NCBI GenBank assembly: GCA_964579335.1
Contig: CAZOFS010000003.1
Location: forward strand, 1-63,126
Direction of reading: 5' to 3'
Length of the DNA stretch: 63,126 nt
Source of the DNA: an uncultured Bdellovibrionales bacterium
GTDB taxonomy: Bacteria > Patescibacteriota > Minisyncoccia > Moranbacterales > UBA1568
The notes beneath the pieces were generated by a model. It was not told the DNA's origin. It saw nothing but the letters and a program-made list of their open reading frames with translations, and did not search any database. Positions within the stretch are counted from its first letter, which is position 1. Each line of letters starts with the position of its first letter. Of this stretch, positions 54,137 to 62,923 are shown one piece after another. The position numbers were made by a program, and so were the translations under genes.

Positions 54137-55630
54137 ATGGCCAAAGTTCAGAAAGCTTCTAAGAAAACTGCTACCAAAAAGGTGACCAAGAAAGTCATCA
54201 AGAAAGCAGCTGAGAAAAAAGCAACTACCCCAGCTCCAGTCGAAGAAGAGATGCTCCTCCAGGCACTGCGCGGGATGCGCGATATCCTTCCCGACGAGCA
54301 GCCCTATTGGGAGCGAGTACGACGAGTCTTGTCTCACGCCCAGCATGAGTATGGCTATCGGCGGATCGATCTTCCTATGGTTGAGTACGCGCACCTGTAT
54401 CTCCGCTCCATCGGTGAAGGGACTGATATTGTCGACAAAGAGATATATCTCTTCAATACCCGGGGTGGGGATCGTGTGGCGCTGCGGCCCGAGATGACTG
54501 CTGGGCTCTGTCGGGCCTATATCGAGCACGGAATGGGTGTGATGGCCAAGCCGATCAAACTCTTCTCTTTCGGATCGCTCTTTCGCTACGATCGGCCTCA
54601 GGAGGGTCGTTACCGTGAACATACCCAGGCCAATTTTGATGTCTTTGGTGAAGAAGACCCGATCCTCGATGCTCAAGTGATTCAGCTTGCTTACCGTGTG
54701 ATCAAAGATTTGGGACTCAAAAATATTGAATTCCAAGTCAACTCGATCGGGACACCAGAGTCGCGCCGTGATTATGAAAAAGTCTTAGTCCGTTATCTCG
54801 AGTCGCAAAAGCATCGCTTGAGCCAAGAGGACCGCGAACGCATCACGACCAATCCACTGCGGTTACTGGATTCCAAAGACGAGAAGACTATCCAGGTTAT
54901 GTCACATGCGCCTCAGTCACTCGACTATCTCGATACCGAATCTCGTGAACACTTCAAACACCTCCTTGAATATCTCGATGAGCTTGATTTGCCATACTCG
55001 ATCAATACGCGACTGGTGCGCGGACTCGACTACTATACCCGGACGGTATTTGAAATTCGTTCGACTGATGAAACCGGCAAAGGCTACTCCCTCGGCGGTG
55101 GCGGTCGCTATGATCGGCTCGTCGAGTCGCTCGGCGGTGAAGCAACACCCGCGATCGGCTTCGCACTCGGTATCGACCGCATCGTACTCGAGATGAAGCG
55201 TACTCAAGTCAAGCCCTATGTTGAACCCAAACCTCGCGTCTTCCTGGCTCAGCTCGGTGCTATGGCCAAGAAAAAGAGTCTCCGTCTCTTCTCTGAACTC
55301 GAGAAAAATGGCGTTTTGGTGGCTGAGTCATTTGGGCGGGGAACGCTCAAATCGCAGCTGCGTGTCGCCAACCGTCTCGGAGTTGAGGTCACTATTATTC
55401 TCGGTCAGAAAGAAGTGCTCGATGGGACGGCGATCGTCAAAGATATGGTGTCTGGTACCCAGGAAACGGTGGTCCAGGACAAGCTTGTCGATGCGGTCAA
55501 GAAACTCCTGAAGGGGAACCTGGCTCTCATGGGACCCAATGGGTTGCCACTGCCTAAGCTCGAAGACGAAGAGGAAGAAGCTGAAGAAGATGAGAAAGAG
55601 CGGCTCGAGAAAGAACGAGGAAAGAAGTAA
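54137..55630 (+). CDS. hisS: Histidyl-tRNA synthetase with a Lys-rich N-terminal tail and an acidic C-terminal tail
   Basis: RGMRDILP, motif 2 LFRYDRPQEGRYREH and motif 3 GGGGRYD. The first 38 codons are Lys/Ala/Thr-rich. An alternative start is Met39. Confidence 0.9.
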   Translation: MAKVQKASKKTATKKVTKKVIKKAAEKKATTPAPVEEEMLLQALRGMRDILPDEQPYWERVRRVLSHAQHEYGYRRIDLPMVEYAHLYLRSIGEGTDIVDKEIYLFNTRGGDRVALRPEMTAGLCRAYIEHGMGVMAKPIKLFSFGSLFRYDRPQEGRYREHTQANFDVFGEEDPILDAQVIQLAYRVIKDLGLKNIEFQVNSIGTPESRRDYEKVLVRYLESQKHRLSQEDRERITTNPLRLLDSKDEKTIQVMSHAPQSLDYLDTESREHFKHLLEYLDELDLPYSINTRLVRGLDYYTRTVFEIRSTDETGKGYSLGGGGRYDRLVESLGGEATPAIGFALGIDRIVLEMKRTQVKPYVEPKPRVFLAQLGAMAKKKSLRLFSELEKNGVLVAESFGRGTLKSQLRVANRLGVEVTIILGQKEVLDGTAIVKDMVSGTQETVVQDKLVDAVKKLLKGNLALMGPNGLPLPKLEDEEEEAEEDEKERLEKERGKK

Positions 55631-55721
55631 ATGAGAAGCTGGAGTTTTGAGTTAGGAATGGAAAGTGAGAAGTTCTCTATAATCAAAATTTCTCAATCTT
55701 GATGCTCAATTCGTCTGATAT

Positions 55722-56039
55722 ATGAAAACGGTATTCGAAAAAATCCGCGATCGGGAAATTCCAGCCACGTTTCACTATGAGGATGATGACATTATGGTCT
55801 TTGATGACATCCATCCCAAGGCCCCAGTACACCTGCTTATTGTTCCCAAACGTTGCATTGTCTCGATTGCCGAGATGGCGGATGGTGATGAGGTACTGGT
55901 TGGGAAAATGTTTCGCGTGGCTCGGGATGTAGCTCGAGACTTGCATATTGCTGAAAGAGGGTATAAGCTAGTTATCCATGTGGGCGAAGGTGGGGGACAA
56001 GAAGTGCCTCATCTTCATTTGCACCTCATGGGAGGTTAG
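55722..56039 (+). CDS. HIT-family (histidine triad) nucleotide hydrolase
   Basis: The protein ends with the histidine-triad sequence HLHLHLMGG. Confidence 0.88.
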   Translation: MKTVFEKIRDREIPATFHYEDDDIMVFDDIHPKAPVHLLIVPKRCIVSIAEMADGDEVLVGKMFRVARDVARDLHIAERGYKLVIHVGEGGGQEVPHLHLHLMGG

Positions 56040-56060
56040 CTACGAGAAAGGAGGTCTCTT

Positions 56061-56309
56061 ATGATTCAGATCAAACGAAAAGAGAAGGAAACGACCGAAA
56101 GTCTTATTCGGCGGTTTTCACGTCGTGTCCAGCAGAGTGGAGTACTCCGTCAAGTCCGGAAACTACGGTACCGAACTGTCGAGAAGAGTAAGCCTGCCAG
56201 ACGCAACGAAGCGCTCTACAAAGTCAAGATCCGCAAAGAAATTGATAAGCTCAAGAAATTGGGCAAGTTCGACGAAGATGCACTCCGTGACATCAAGAAG
56301 CGAATCTAG
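56061..56309 (+). CDS. rpsU: 30S ribosomal protein S21
   Basis: ESLIRRFSRRVQQSGVLRQVRKLRYRTVEKSKPARRNEA. Confidence 0.85.
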   Translation: MIQIKRKEKETTESLIRRFSRRVQQSGVLRQVRKLRYRTVEKSKPARRNEALYKVKIRKEIDKLKKLGKFDEDALRDIKKRI

Positions 56310-56312
56310 TTG

Positions 56313-56400
56313 AATGGCTTTATGGTTACATGGCTCTTACGGTTATTGGAATTCCAGTAATCCTAGAGCCATGAGACAATACAACCATTAAACACTTATT
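56313..56400. repeat. ~90-nt imperfect palindrome filling the rpsU-yqeY spacer
   Basis: The core is CATGGCTCT...TTATTGGAATTCCAGTAA...AGAGCCATG, centred on GGAATTCC. The outer arms AATGGCTTTATGGTTA and AGACAATACAACCATT are partly complementary. Confidence 0.6.
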
Positions 56401-56410
56401 TCTTTTGCCT

Positions 56411-56863
56411 ATGTCTCTCGTTACTACGATCAATGATGAGCTCAAAGCAGCTATGAAGGCTGGTGAAGCGGAGAAGCGCGATACTCTACGCTTTCTTCAG
56501 AGTGCACTCAAAAATGTGGCCATTGAAAAACGTAAACCCGTCACCGAGTTTACCGATGCCGAAGTTCAGGAAGTGGTGAAGCGCCTCGTCAAGCAGCGCA
56601 AAGACAGCATCGCGCAGTACCAAGCCGGTGGCCGAGCTGATCTCGTCGCCAAAGAAGAGTCCGAGCTCGCGATCATCACTCCCTATCTCCCAGCGACCCT
56701 CTCACCCGAAGCAACCGAAGCTTTGGTAGAGCAAGTGATTGCTTCTCTCGGTACCGTGACAGCCAAAGACATGGGCCGCGTCATGGGAGCAGTGATGAAA
56801 GAAAGCGCTGGCCAGGCTGATGGGCAGCTCGTGCGAGAAATTGTTATGAAGCATCTCCAATAA
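56411..56863 (+). CDS. GatB/YqeY-domain protein
   Basis: INDELKAAMKAGEAEKRDTLRFLQSALKN...AQYQAGGRADLVAKEESE...AKDMGRVMGAVM. Confidence 0.85.
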   Translation: MSLVTTINDELKAAMKAGEAEKRDTLRFLQSALKNVAIEKRKPVTEFTDAEVQEVVKRLVKQRKDSIAQYQAGGRADLVAKEESELAIITPYLPATLSPEATEALVEQVIASLGTVTAKDMGRVMGAVMKESAGQADGQLVREIVMKHLQ

Positions 56864-57020
56864 TAGATGGTTGATGTATTCGTACTCGAAATTCCTAGAC
56901 CGCGCGGTAGTATCTCGGAATCTGAGCACTGAAGTTGTTGTGTTTTTCTCTACTGGCATCATGTGGATTGGCTACAATAGAAATTTCTCCGTTCAAATAC
57001 ATCAACCTTAGTGTGTATCT

Positions 57021-57494
57021 ATGCGTGTTTCCTTGTCTCTTGCTTCAGCCAAGCTTCCGGCCGGTGTGTCGGAGACTTTTTTGCGCTCTATTATTCGACG
57101 GACCTGCCAAGAAGCTTTCCCTAAACTTTTTCAGGAGAGCGGGCGGGGAGTAGAGCTCGAAGTAGCCTTTGTTTCTGATTCGAGGATAGCCAAACTCAAT
57201 CATGAGTACCGAGGCAAAGAAAAGCCCACGGATGTTCTTTCCTTTGGCGAGTTTGAGGAGAGAGGTCAGGTGGCCAAAGCAACGGCCAAGACTCTCACCC
57301 TCGGGACACTCATCCTGTCACTTCCGTTTATCCGTCGTTCGGCTCGAGAAGATGGTGTATCATGGGAGAGGGAGTTTGTCTTTGTGTTCTCACATGGTGT
57401 ACTCCACCTTTTAGGATTCGACCATGAAGAGCGAATGTTCGCAATCCAAGACATGGTGACCGATCATTTCGCTCCACTCAAAAAACAAAAGTAG
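57021..57494 (+). CDS. ybeY: rRNA maturation endoribonuclease YbeY
   Basis: Zn-binding motif HGVLHLLGFDH, preceded by TDVLSF. Confidence 0.88.
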   Translation: MRVSLSLASAKLPAGVSETFLRSIIRRTCQEAFPKLFQESGRGVELEVAFVSDSRIAKLNHEYRGKEKPTDVLSFGEFEERGQVAKATAKTLTLGTLILSLPFIRRSAREDGVSWEREFVFVFSHGVLHLLGFDHEERMFAIQDMVTDHFAPLKKQK

Positions 57495-57501
57495 TTTTGG
57501 T

Positions 57502-57876
57502 ATGACATTGGTAAAATCATTTCTGCGCAGCTTACGGCACGCGTTTGCTGGTATCGTGTACGCCTTTCGTGAGGAGCGTAATTTTCAAATCGAACTGGTG
57601 CTTGGCCTTGCCGCGCTTGGGCTCACTTTTTTCTTTCCGCTCTCGCCTGCTGAGCGTTCGATCATTTTTCTTCTCATTGGCTTTATCCTCACCCTCGAGC
57701 TTGTTAATACTGCTTTCGAGCGTCTTCTCGACCTCCTCAAACCGCGGGTACACCCCTATGTAAAAGTGGTTAAAGACGTAGTAGCCGGTGCTGTTCTCAT
57801 TGGTTCGGTGGCCGCTCTTCTTGTAGGTGCGTTTATCTTCCTACCATATCTCATGACCTGGGCGATGTATCAGTAA
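57502..57876 (+). CDS. dgkA: Diacylglycerol/undecaprenol kinase family protein
   Basis: Three TM helices, ERNFQIE, and LELVNTAFERLLD. Confidence 0.8.
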   Translation: MTLVKSFLRSLRHAFAGIVYAFREERNFQIELVLGLAALGLTFFFPLSPAERSIIFLLIGFILTLELVNTAFERLLDLLKPRVHPYVKVVKDVVAGAVLIGSVAALLVGAFIFLPYLMTWAMYQ

Positions 57877-57924
57877 TAAATGGTAGTGTGAGGGGAGTGT
57901 GACTACACGAAGAGCACAGTGTAA

Positions 57925-57933
57925 TGGTATAAT
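57925..57933 (+). promoter_or_regulatory. Candidate extended -10 promoter (TGgTATAAT) for ftsA-ftsZ
   Basis: Consensus TATAAT preceded by TGn, about 60 nt upstream of the ftsA ATG. The leader contains a UUCG-capped hairpin. Confidence 0.45.
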
Positions 57934-57994
57934 AGTCCGCATGCACCCCTCAGGTTGAAGTGCTTCGGCTTTCAGAGAGAGGTGTTTCCTTACT

Positions 57995-59260
57995 ATGGCC
58001 AAAAAGAATATTATTGTTGGACTAGATATTGGCACTGCCACCGTACGGGCAGTGATTGCCGAGGCGTCCAAAGATGGCGGTGCGCCGCGTGTGATCGGTG
58101 TGGGGACAGCTCCATCGGTTGGGATTCGGCGTGGCATCGTGGTGCAACCCGAGGAAGTCGCCAAAGCGATCAATGTTGCACTTTCGGCCGCCGAGCACAT
58201 GGCCGGGGTACCAGCTGAACAGGTGACGGCCTCGGTGTCGGGGACTGAACTTTTTTCTCTCCTTGCCCAAGGTGTGGTAGCGGTAGGCAAATCCGATGGC
58301 GAAGTGACCGAGGAAGATTTGGAACGCCTGATCGAGGAGACTGAGATGCGCACGGTGCTCTCTCCCAACAAAGAAATCCTCCATGTCGTCCCACAGTCGT
58401 ACCGTCTCGACGATGAGTCCAATATCAAGGACCCAGTGGGACTCCGGGGTGTACGGCTCGAAGTCTCAGCTCTCGTCATCGGTACCGCGAGCAATCATCT
58501 CAAAAACCTGACTCGGAGCCTCGAGTTGGCTGGCATCGGATCGTACCATTTTATGGCTGAACCATTGGCTTCGGCTGAAGCCGTGCTTTCACCCAAACAG
58601 AAAGAGCTTGGAGTGGTGGTCGTCAACCTTGGGGCGAGCACTACTACGCTATCAGTGTTTGAAGACGGCGACCTCCTCCACTTGGCCGTGCTTCCGATGG
58701 GGGGCGTCCATGTGACCAATGATATTGCCATAGGTCTCCGGACCTCGATCGATGTCGCCGAAGCCATCAAACGCGAATACGGCCATGCCTTGCCACATGA
58801 AGTGAACAAGAAAGAAGAAATTGATCTCGGCGATTTCGATTCTCAGGAAACCGATACGGTGTCGCGACATCACATCGCTGAAGTGATTGAAGCCCGGCTC
58901 GAAGAAATTCTTCACTACGTCAACCTTGAACTTAAAGGGATAAATCGCGAAGCGCTTCTTCCAGCGGGGGTGGTACTCACCGGCGGTGGAGCACTCGTCC
59001 CGGGCTTGGTGGAGCTCGCCAAAAAGAAACTACGTTTGCCAGCCCAGATCGGTTACCCCAAGCCACTGGGTGGGATTCTCGATCAAGTCGATGGCCCAAG
59101 CTTTGCGACGATCGTAGGACTCCTCTTTCTCTCACTCGAAGAAACAGCGACGAAAAAAAATCGTCTCCAGAACACGGGGAAAATTTTTGAAGCCATGCCG
59201 GATCAAATGAAAGATGGCTTCCACAAAATGGAGCGCTGGTTCAAGCGGTTTCTCCCATAA
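57995..59260 (+). CDS. ftsA: Cell division protein FtsA
   Basis: VGLDIGTATVRAVI and the actin-like fold motif GGVHVTNDIA. The C-terminal end looks like an amphipathic helix. Confidence 0.92.
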   Translation: MAKKNIIVGLDIGTATVRAVIAEASKDGGAPRVIGVGTAPSVGIRRGIVVQPEEVAKAINVALSAAEHMAGVPAEQVTASVSGTELFSLLAQGVVAVGKSDGEVTEEDLERLIEETEMRTVLSPNKEILHVVPQSYRLDDESNIKDPVGLRGVRLEVSALVIGTASNHLKNLTRSLELAGIGSYHFMAEPLASAEAVLSPKQKELGVVVVNLGASTTTLSVFEDGDLLHLAVLPMGGVHVTNDIAIGLRTSIDVAEAIKREYGHALPHEVNKKEEIDLGDFDSQETDTVSRHHIAEVIEARLEEILHYVNLELKGINREALLPAGVVLTGGGALVPGLVELAKKKLRLPAQIGYPKPLGGILDQVDGPSFATIVGLLFLSLEETATKKNRLQNTGKIFEAMPDQMKDGFHKMERWFKRFLP

Positions 59261-59412
59261 ATAGAGCGTTTGTCAAGCCAAAAGGACGGGAGTTGACACC
59301 CCTCCTTTTTGCATGATAGAGTAGTGCATCGAGTGGGTGAGGCTCTTCTTGTTTGGGTTAGCCGGATCCACTCCTTTTGACTCACTAATTGACGCTTTCT
59401 GCCTCTACTCTT

Positions 59413-60657
59413 ATGGCTGAAATCAAACCGGACATCGAAACGTTTGCCAAGATTAAAGTCGTCGGTGTTGGTGGTTCGGGTGGGAACGCTATTTCACGCA
59501 TGATCGATGCCAAAATCAAAGGCGTCGAATTTGTCGCGATCAATACTGATGCGCAAGCCTTGCATCATTCCAAAGCGCAAGAAAAAATTCACATCGGAAA
59601 AAATTTGACCAAGGGACTCGGAGCGGGGATGAATCCTGAGATTGGTCGCCAAGCGGCCGAAGAAAACCGCGATGAAATCCAGGAAGTCCTCAAAGGTGCT
59701 GACATGGTGTTTGTCACCTGCGGCCTCGGTGGTGGAACAGGCTCGGGTGCTGCGCCGATCGTCGCTGAGACGGCCAAGGAGCTCGGGGCTCTCACCGTCG
59801 GTGTCGTGACGCGCCCGTTTGCTTTCGAGGGTTCACAACGTCGCGCTATCGCCGAAGAGAGTCTCAATAACCTCAAGGATCGTGTCGATACGCTCATCAC
59901 CATCCCCAACGACAAACTCCTCTCGATTATCGATCGCAAGACGACTCTCATTAGCGCCTTCCGTATCGTCGACGATGTGTTGCGTCAGGGTGTCCAGGGG
60001 ATATCGGACCTCATCACCAAACCGGGGATCGTCAATGTCGACTTCGCCGATGTACGCGCTATCATGCAGGACTCAGGCTCAGCCCTCATGGGCATCGGTA
60101 TCGCCAGTGGTGAGAACCGCGCCGTCGAAGCCGCCCGCGCTGCGATCAATAGTCCTCTCCTCGAGCTCTCGATCGATGGGGCCAAGGGTGTCCTCTTCAA
60201 TATCTCGGGCTCATCCGATCTCTCGATGCTCGAAATCAATGAAGCCGCCAATATCATTACCGAAACGATTGATCCCAATGCCAAGGTTATCTTTGGTGCG
60301 GTCGTCGATGATCAGATTCGGAAGGGTGATGTACAGATTACGGTTGTCGCAACTGGCTTTGACTCTGGCAAGGTAAATGAAATGCCCGTTGGTCTCGTCA
60401 ATCGAGCCAAGTCCCAGACAATCGGGTCACTGGTTTCGAGTGCGCCTACCCGAGTAGAAACCAAGCGCGAAGAAGTACGCGATGAAGAGCCAGAAGACAA
60501 TATGGTGTTTCCTACGAGGAAGATCGAACCAACCCCGATGATTATCGAAGAAAAAATCCAACCCAAGAATTTTACCCTGCGCCAGGAATCGCGCGATATT
60601 GTCGAGGAAGAAGACCTCGAGATTCCCGCCTTCATCCGCCGCAAAATGAAGAAATAA
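59413..60657 (+). CDS. ftsZ: Cell division protein FtsZ
   Basis: GVGGSGGNA and [12 protein letters not shown] motifs. The C-terminal conserved peptide is [11 protein letters not shown]. Start trimmed to ATG 59413. Confidence 0.96.
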   Translation: MAEIKPDIETFAKIKVVGVGGSGGNAISRMIDAKIKGVEFVAINTDAQALHHSKAQEKIHIGKNLTKGLGAGMNPEIGRQAAEENRDEIQEVLKGADMVFVTCGLGGGTGSGAAPIVAETAKELGALTVGVVTRPFAFEGSQRRAIAEESLNNLKDRVDTLITIPNDKLLSIIDRKTTLISAFRIVDDVLRQGVQGISDLITKPGIVNVDFADVRAIMQDSGSALMGIGIASGENRAVEAARAAINSPLLELSIDGAKGVLFNISGSSDLSMLEINEAANIITETIDPNAKVIFGAVVDDQIRKGDVQITVVATGFDSGKVNEMPVGLVNRAKSQTIGSLVSSAPTRVETKREEVRDEEPEDNMVFPTRKIEPTPMIIEEKIQPKNFTLRQESRDIVEEEDLEIPAFIRRKMKK

Positions 60658-60682
60658 GTCGAAGCATTTCTGTATATTCTGA

Positions 60683-60711
60683 CCCGAGGACTCATCCTCG
60701 GGTTTTGGTTT
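60683..60711 (+). terminator. Rho-independent terminator after ftsZ
   Basis: CCCGAGGA-CTCA-TCCTCGGG followed by TTTTGGTTT. Confidence 0.85.
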
Positions 60712-60738
60712 GACGGTGGGGGAGGGAAGTGGTAGCTT
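60710..60738 (+). promoter_or_regulatory. Candidate promoter (TTGACG-17-TAGCTT) for the P-loop gene
   Basis: -35 at 60710-60715 and -10 at 60733-60738. SD GGGAGG lies 6 nt before the GTG at 60777. Confidence 0.35.
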
Positions 60739-60776
60739 ACAGTTTCGTTCTTTGTTTGTTACCCAGGGAGGTTGCG

Positions 60777-61301
60777 GTGAAACAAGTATTCTTGACTTCT
60801 GGCCCACGTGGTGGGGGAAAATCCACCTATGTGGAGGAATTGTGCCGGCGTCGTCCAGACCTGACTCTGGTGAGTCGAGACCAAGTCATGCTGGAACTTT
60901 TCGGTACCGTCTGGTTTGGTGCCTACTCAGGTGGTGCTGACCATGATCGGGGAATGCAAGAAGTATGGCGTCGACTTGAAGTAGCACTCAAGCCTGAAGG
61001 TGCATGTGTCGTGTTCGATTGCTGGAACGGATTCCCGGCTGATCGACGATGGCTTATCGAGAAGCTCCGCGAACTAGGAGCTGATCAAGTCATTTGTCTT
61101 CAGTTCTTTGTGTCGGTCGAGACCTGTGTTCGGTGGTACATGCGGAAGCCAGAGCAAGTACGTGGTGGACTGTCTGAGTCGTCGATTAGGTGTGATTATC
61201 GGCTGTATTACGGACAAGCACAGTCAATTGGTCAGGATGGCTTTGATCACGTCATTGAGGTGCGACCAGAGGAGCCGGAACTCTTTGATCTGATCCCTTG
61301 A
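60777..61301 (+). CDS. P-loop NTPase/kinase-like protein (AAA_33/zeta-toxin-like size class)
   Basis: GTG start with SD. Walker A LTSGPRGGGKST near the N-terminus. About 174 aa. Confidence 0.55.
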   Translation: MKQVFLTSGPRGGGKSTYVEELCRRRPDLTLVSRDQVMLELFGTVWFGAYSGGADHDRGMQEVWRRLEVALKPEGACVVFDCWNGFPADRRWLIEKLRELGADQVICLQFFVSVETCVRWYMRKPEQVRGGLSESSIRCDYRLYYGQAQSIGQDGFDHVIEVRPEEPELFDLIP

Positions 61302-61323
61302 GATGCGTTTGTGTACAGACTGG

Positions 61324-61368
61324 CTGGGCCGCTTGGGGAATATCCTGAGCGGCCCTCGAATTTTTTTT
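61324..61368 (+). terminator. Terminator-like hairpin repeat, copy 1
   Basis: CTGGGCCGCTTGGGGAATATCCTGAGCGGCCCTCGAATTTTTTTT, with stem GGGCCGCT/AGCGGCCC. Confidence 0.75.
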
Positions 61369-61473
61369 ATGCGATGAATAGCCAGGATTGGCAACCTTTC
61401 CCAGTCGCCTTTTGTTTGCTAGAGTAGACTATCGTTAGACTACCGTTTCAGTTTTTTAAAAAGGGAGAAGTGT

Positions 61474-61689
61474 ATGACAGCTGGTATAGCAGGTTCGGGA
61501 CCATACTCAAGGTTGCGGGACCTACGGTTTCAGGTGAGGGCTTTGGCTCAGGAAATTCGCAATAAGCCGATGGGACCTCGAACGAAGCAGAGGAAAGAAG
61601 CCGAGCTCCGAGCACTCCGGCAACAATTGAAAGTCATTAACGCAGAAATCCGGAGCAAAAAACTTCGCCCGCGTGACTGCAGTGAGTAG
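61474..61689 (+). CDS. Small basic coiled-coil protein (hypothetical)
   Basis: SD GGGAGA lies 6 nt upstream of the ATG. 71 aa, rich in Arg/Lys. Confidence 0.5.
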   Translation: MTAGIAGSGPYSRLRDLRFQVRALAQEIRNKPMGPRTKQRKEAELRALRQQLKVINAEIRSKKLRPRDCSE

Positions 61690-61699
61690 CATTGGCCAA

Positions 61700-61742
61700 C
61701 TGGGCTGCTTGGGGAATATCCCGGGCGGCCCTCGAATTTTTT
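61700..61742 (+). terminator. Terminator-like hairpin repeat, copy 2
   Basis: CTGGGCTGCTTGGGGAATATCCCGGGCGGCCCTCGAATTTTTT. It differs from copy 1 at three positions. Confidence 0.75.
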
Positions 61743-61759
61743 ATAAGTCAAATAAGCTC

Positions 61760-61787
61760 TTGATAGCAGGTGATTTTCCTGTATAAT
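61760..61787 (+). promoter_or_regulatory. Near-consensus sigma70-type promoter (TTGATA-16-TATAAT)
   Basis: -35 at 61760-65 and -10 at 61782-87. It is followed by SD GGGGAG and the TTG at 61823. Confidence 0.55.
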
Positions 61788-61822
61788 GCGAGGCAACCAA
61801 CCACTTCCGAAAGGGGAGAAAA

Positions 61823-62803
61823 TTGGAGCTCTCTATCAATTGGAGACGGGTGTACGGTAATTTCGCTCTACTCATCCCGTCACGGCGCGAAGGATCCTTT
61901 CCGTACCTGCCGGACTACATGGCACGAGTACCTCATCATATGGTGGACTTGGCCCAGATCCCTGATCTGACGGCCAATGACGTGTTCTACATCACTCATC
62001 TGTTGCGGGGTAAGGTCGAAAGTCACATGGTTACCGGCCGGGCCTTGGCACTGCGTAGAGAGCGTCCTGAACTGTTTGATCCAGTGCAGGCAGCGCAACT
62101 CTCGGCAAGCCAAATTGACTACCGACTTCGAAAAATCTTTGGAACCGTTCCCAAGTGGCAGCTCTATGGTGAAGCTTGGCGGCGCAACTCGGAGATTCTC
62201 CTCAAGGGGTGGGGCGGTGATATCCTCAAGGTCTTTGACGGAGTGACGACAGAGGCGGAGGTCAGGGATCGAGTGATAAATAAGCAGAACTACAAACTGC
62301 CTTTTGCTGAGCGAGGCTTCTACATGTTTCAGGCCAAGATGACAGCACTTCTGGTCATCAATCTCATGCAGGCTGGGTTTATCCCTCGCATCAGCGTGTC
62401 GTTCCCGGTGGACTTCCATCACTTGCGGGCACTCATCGGTACAGGGATGATTCAACTCGAAAACGGTAGCTACAACCCAGAACCGCTGGTTGCAGCGGGG
62501 GATCGGATTGGAAGAGCGTACCTCGACCGCTTTCCGGGCATGGACCCAGTGGTGTTCTCGGAACTCTTGTTTGTCCTCTCACGTGAAGGTTGTGCCAACG
62601 CAGTCGATGATCACATGGCTGATTGGAGCGACCCTGTCATCCAGCGTCGGTACCAGATGAGCTGCGGTCGTTGCCCACTTGAGCATCGTTGTCAGCAGAC
62701 AGCAGTATCGAGCGAGTACTATCGCAAAGATGGCGGGAGGCGAGTGATCAAGATCGTTGCTCGACCCAGGCCGCCGCGGCGTATCCGGCTGCACCAAACC
62801 TGA
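61823..62803 (+). CDS. Divergent HhH-GPD-superfamily (EndoIII-like) DNA glycosylase-like protein with a C-terminal Cys cluster
   Basis: FPVDFHHLRALIGTGMI resembles the EndoIII VDTHV.R...R.G segment. The C-terminal C-x24-C-x2-C-x5-C partly matches the Fe-S cluster loop C-x6-C-x2-C-x5-C. Comparison by eye only. Confidence 0.35.
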   Translation: MELSINWRRVYGNFALLIPSRREGSFPYLPDYMARVPHHMVDLAQIPDLTANDVFYITHLLRGKVESHMVTGRALALRRERPELFDPVQAAQLSASQIDYRLRKIFGTVPKWQLYGEAWRRNSEILLKGWGGDILKVFDGVTTEAEVRDRVINKQNYKLPFAERGFYMFQAKMTALLVINLMQAGFIPRISVSFPVDFHHLRALIGTGMIQLENGSYNPEPLVAAGDRIGRAYLDRFPGMDPVVFSELLFVLSREGCANAVDDHMADWSDPVIQRRYQMSCGRCPLEHRCQQTAVSSEYYRKDGGRRVIKIVARPRPPRRIRLHQT

Positions 62804-62816
62804 ACCGTTCCTCTCT

Positions 62817-62856
62817 CGCCGTCCTTGGGATCCCCTCGGGCGGCGCATTCTTTTGT
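62817..62856 (+). terminator. Terminator-like hairpin, diverged copy 3 of the 61324/61700 family
   Basis: CGCCGTCC-TTGGGATCCCCTC-GGGCGGCG followed by CATTCTTTTGT. It shares the CTTGGG...CCC..GGGCGGC core with copies 1 and 2. Confidence 0.55.
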
Positions 62857-62923
62857 AACGACACTTTTCTCATAGTCAAAGCAGGGGTGAAGCGGTACAA
62901 TAGGAGGAGATACAAACACAACA

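Noticed and set aside
54101-54736. 211-aa minus-strand ORF
   Set aside because: It is antisense to hisS.
57841-58494. 217-aa minus-strand ORF
   Set aside because: It is antisense to dgkA and ftsA, and its Ser/Thr/Arg/Pro-rich composition is typical of antisense frames.
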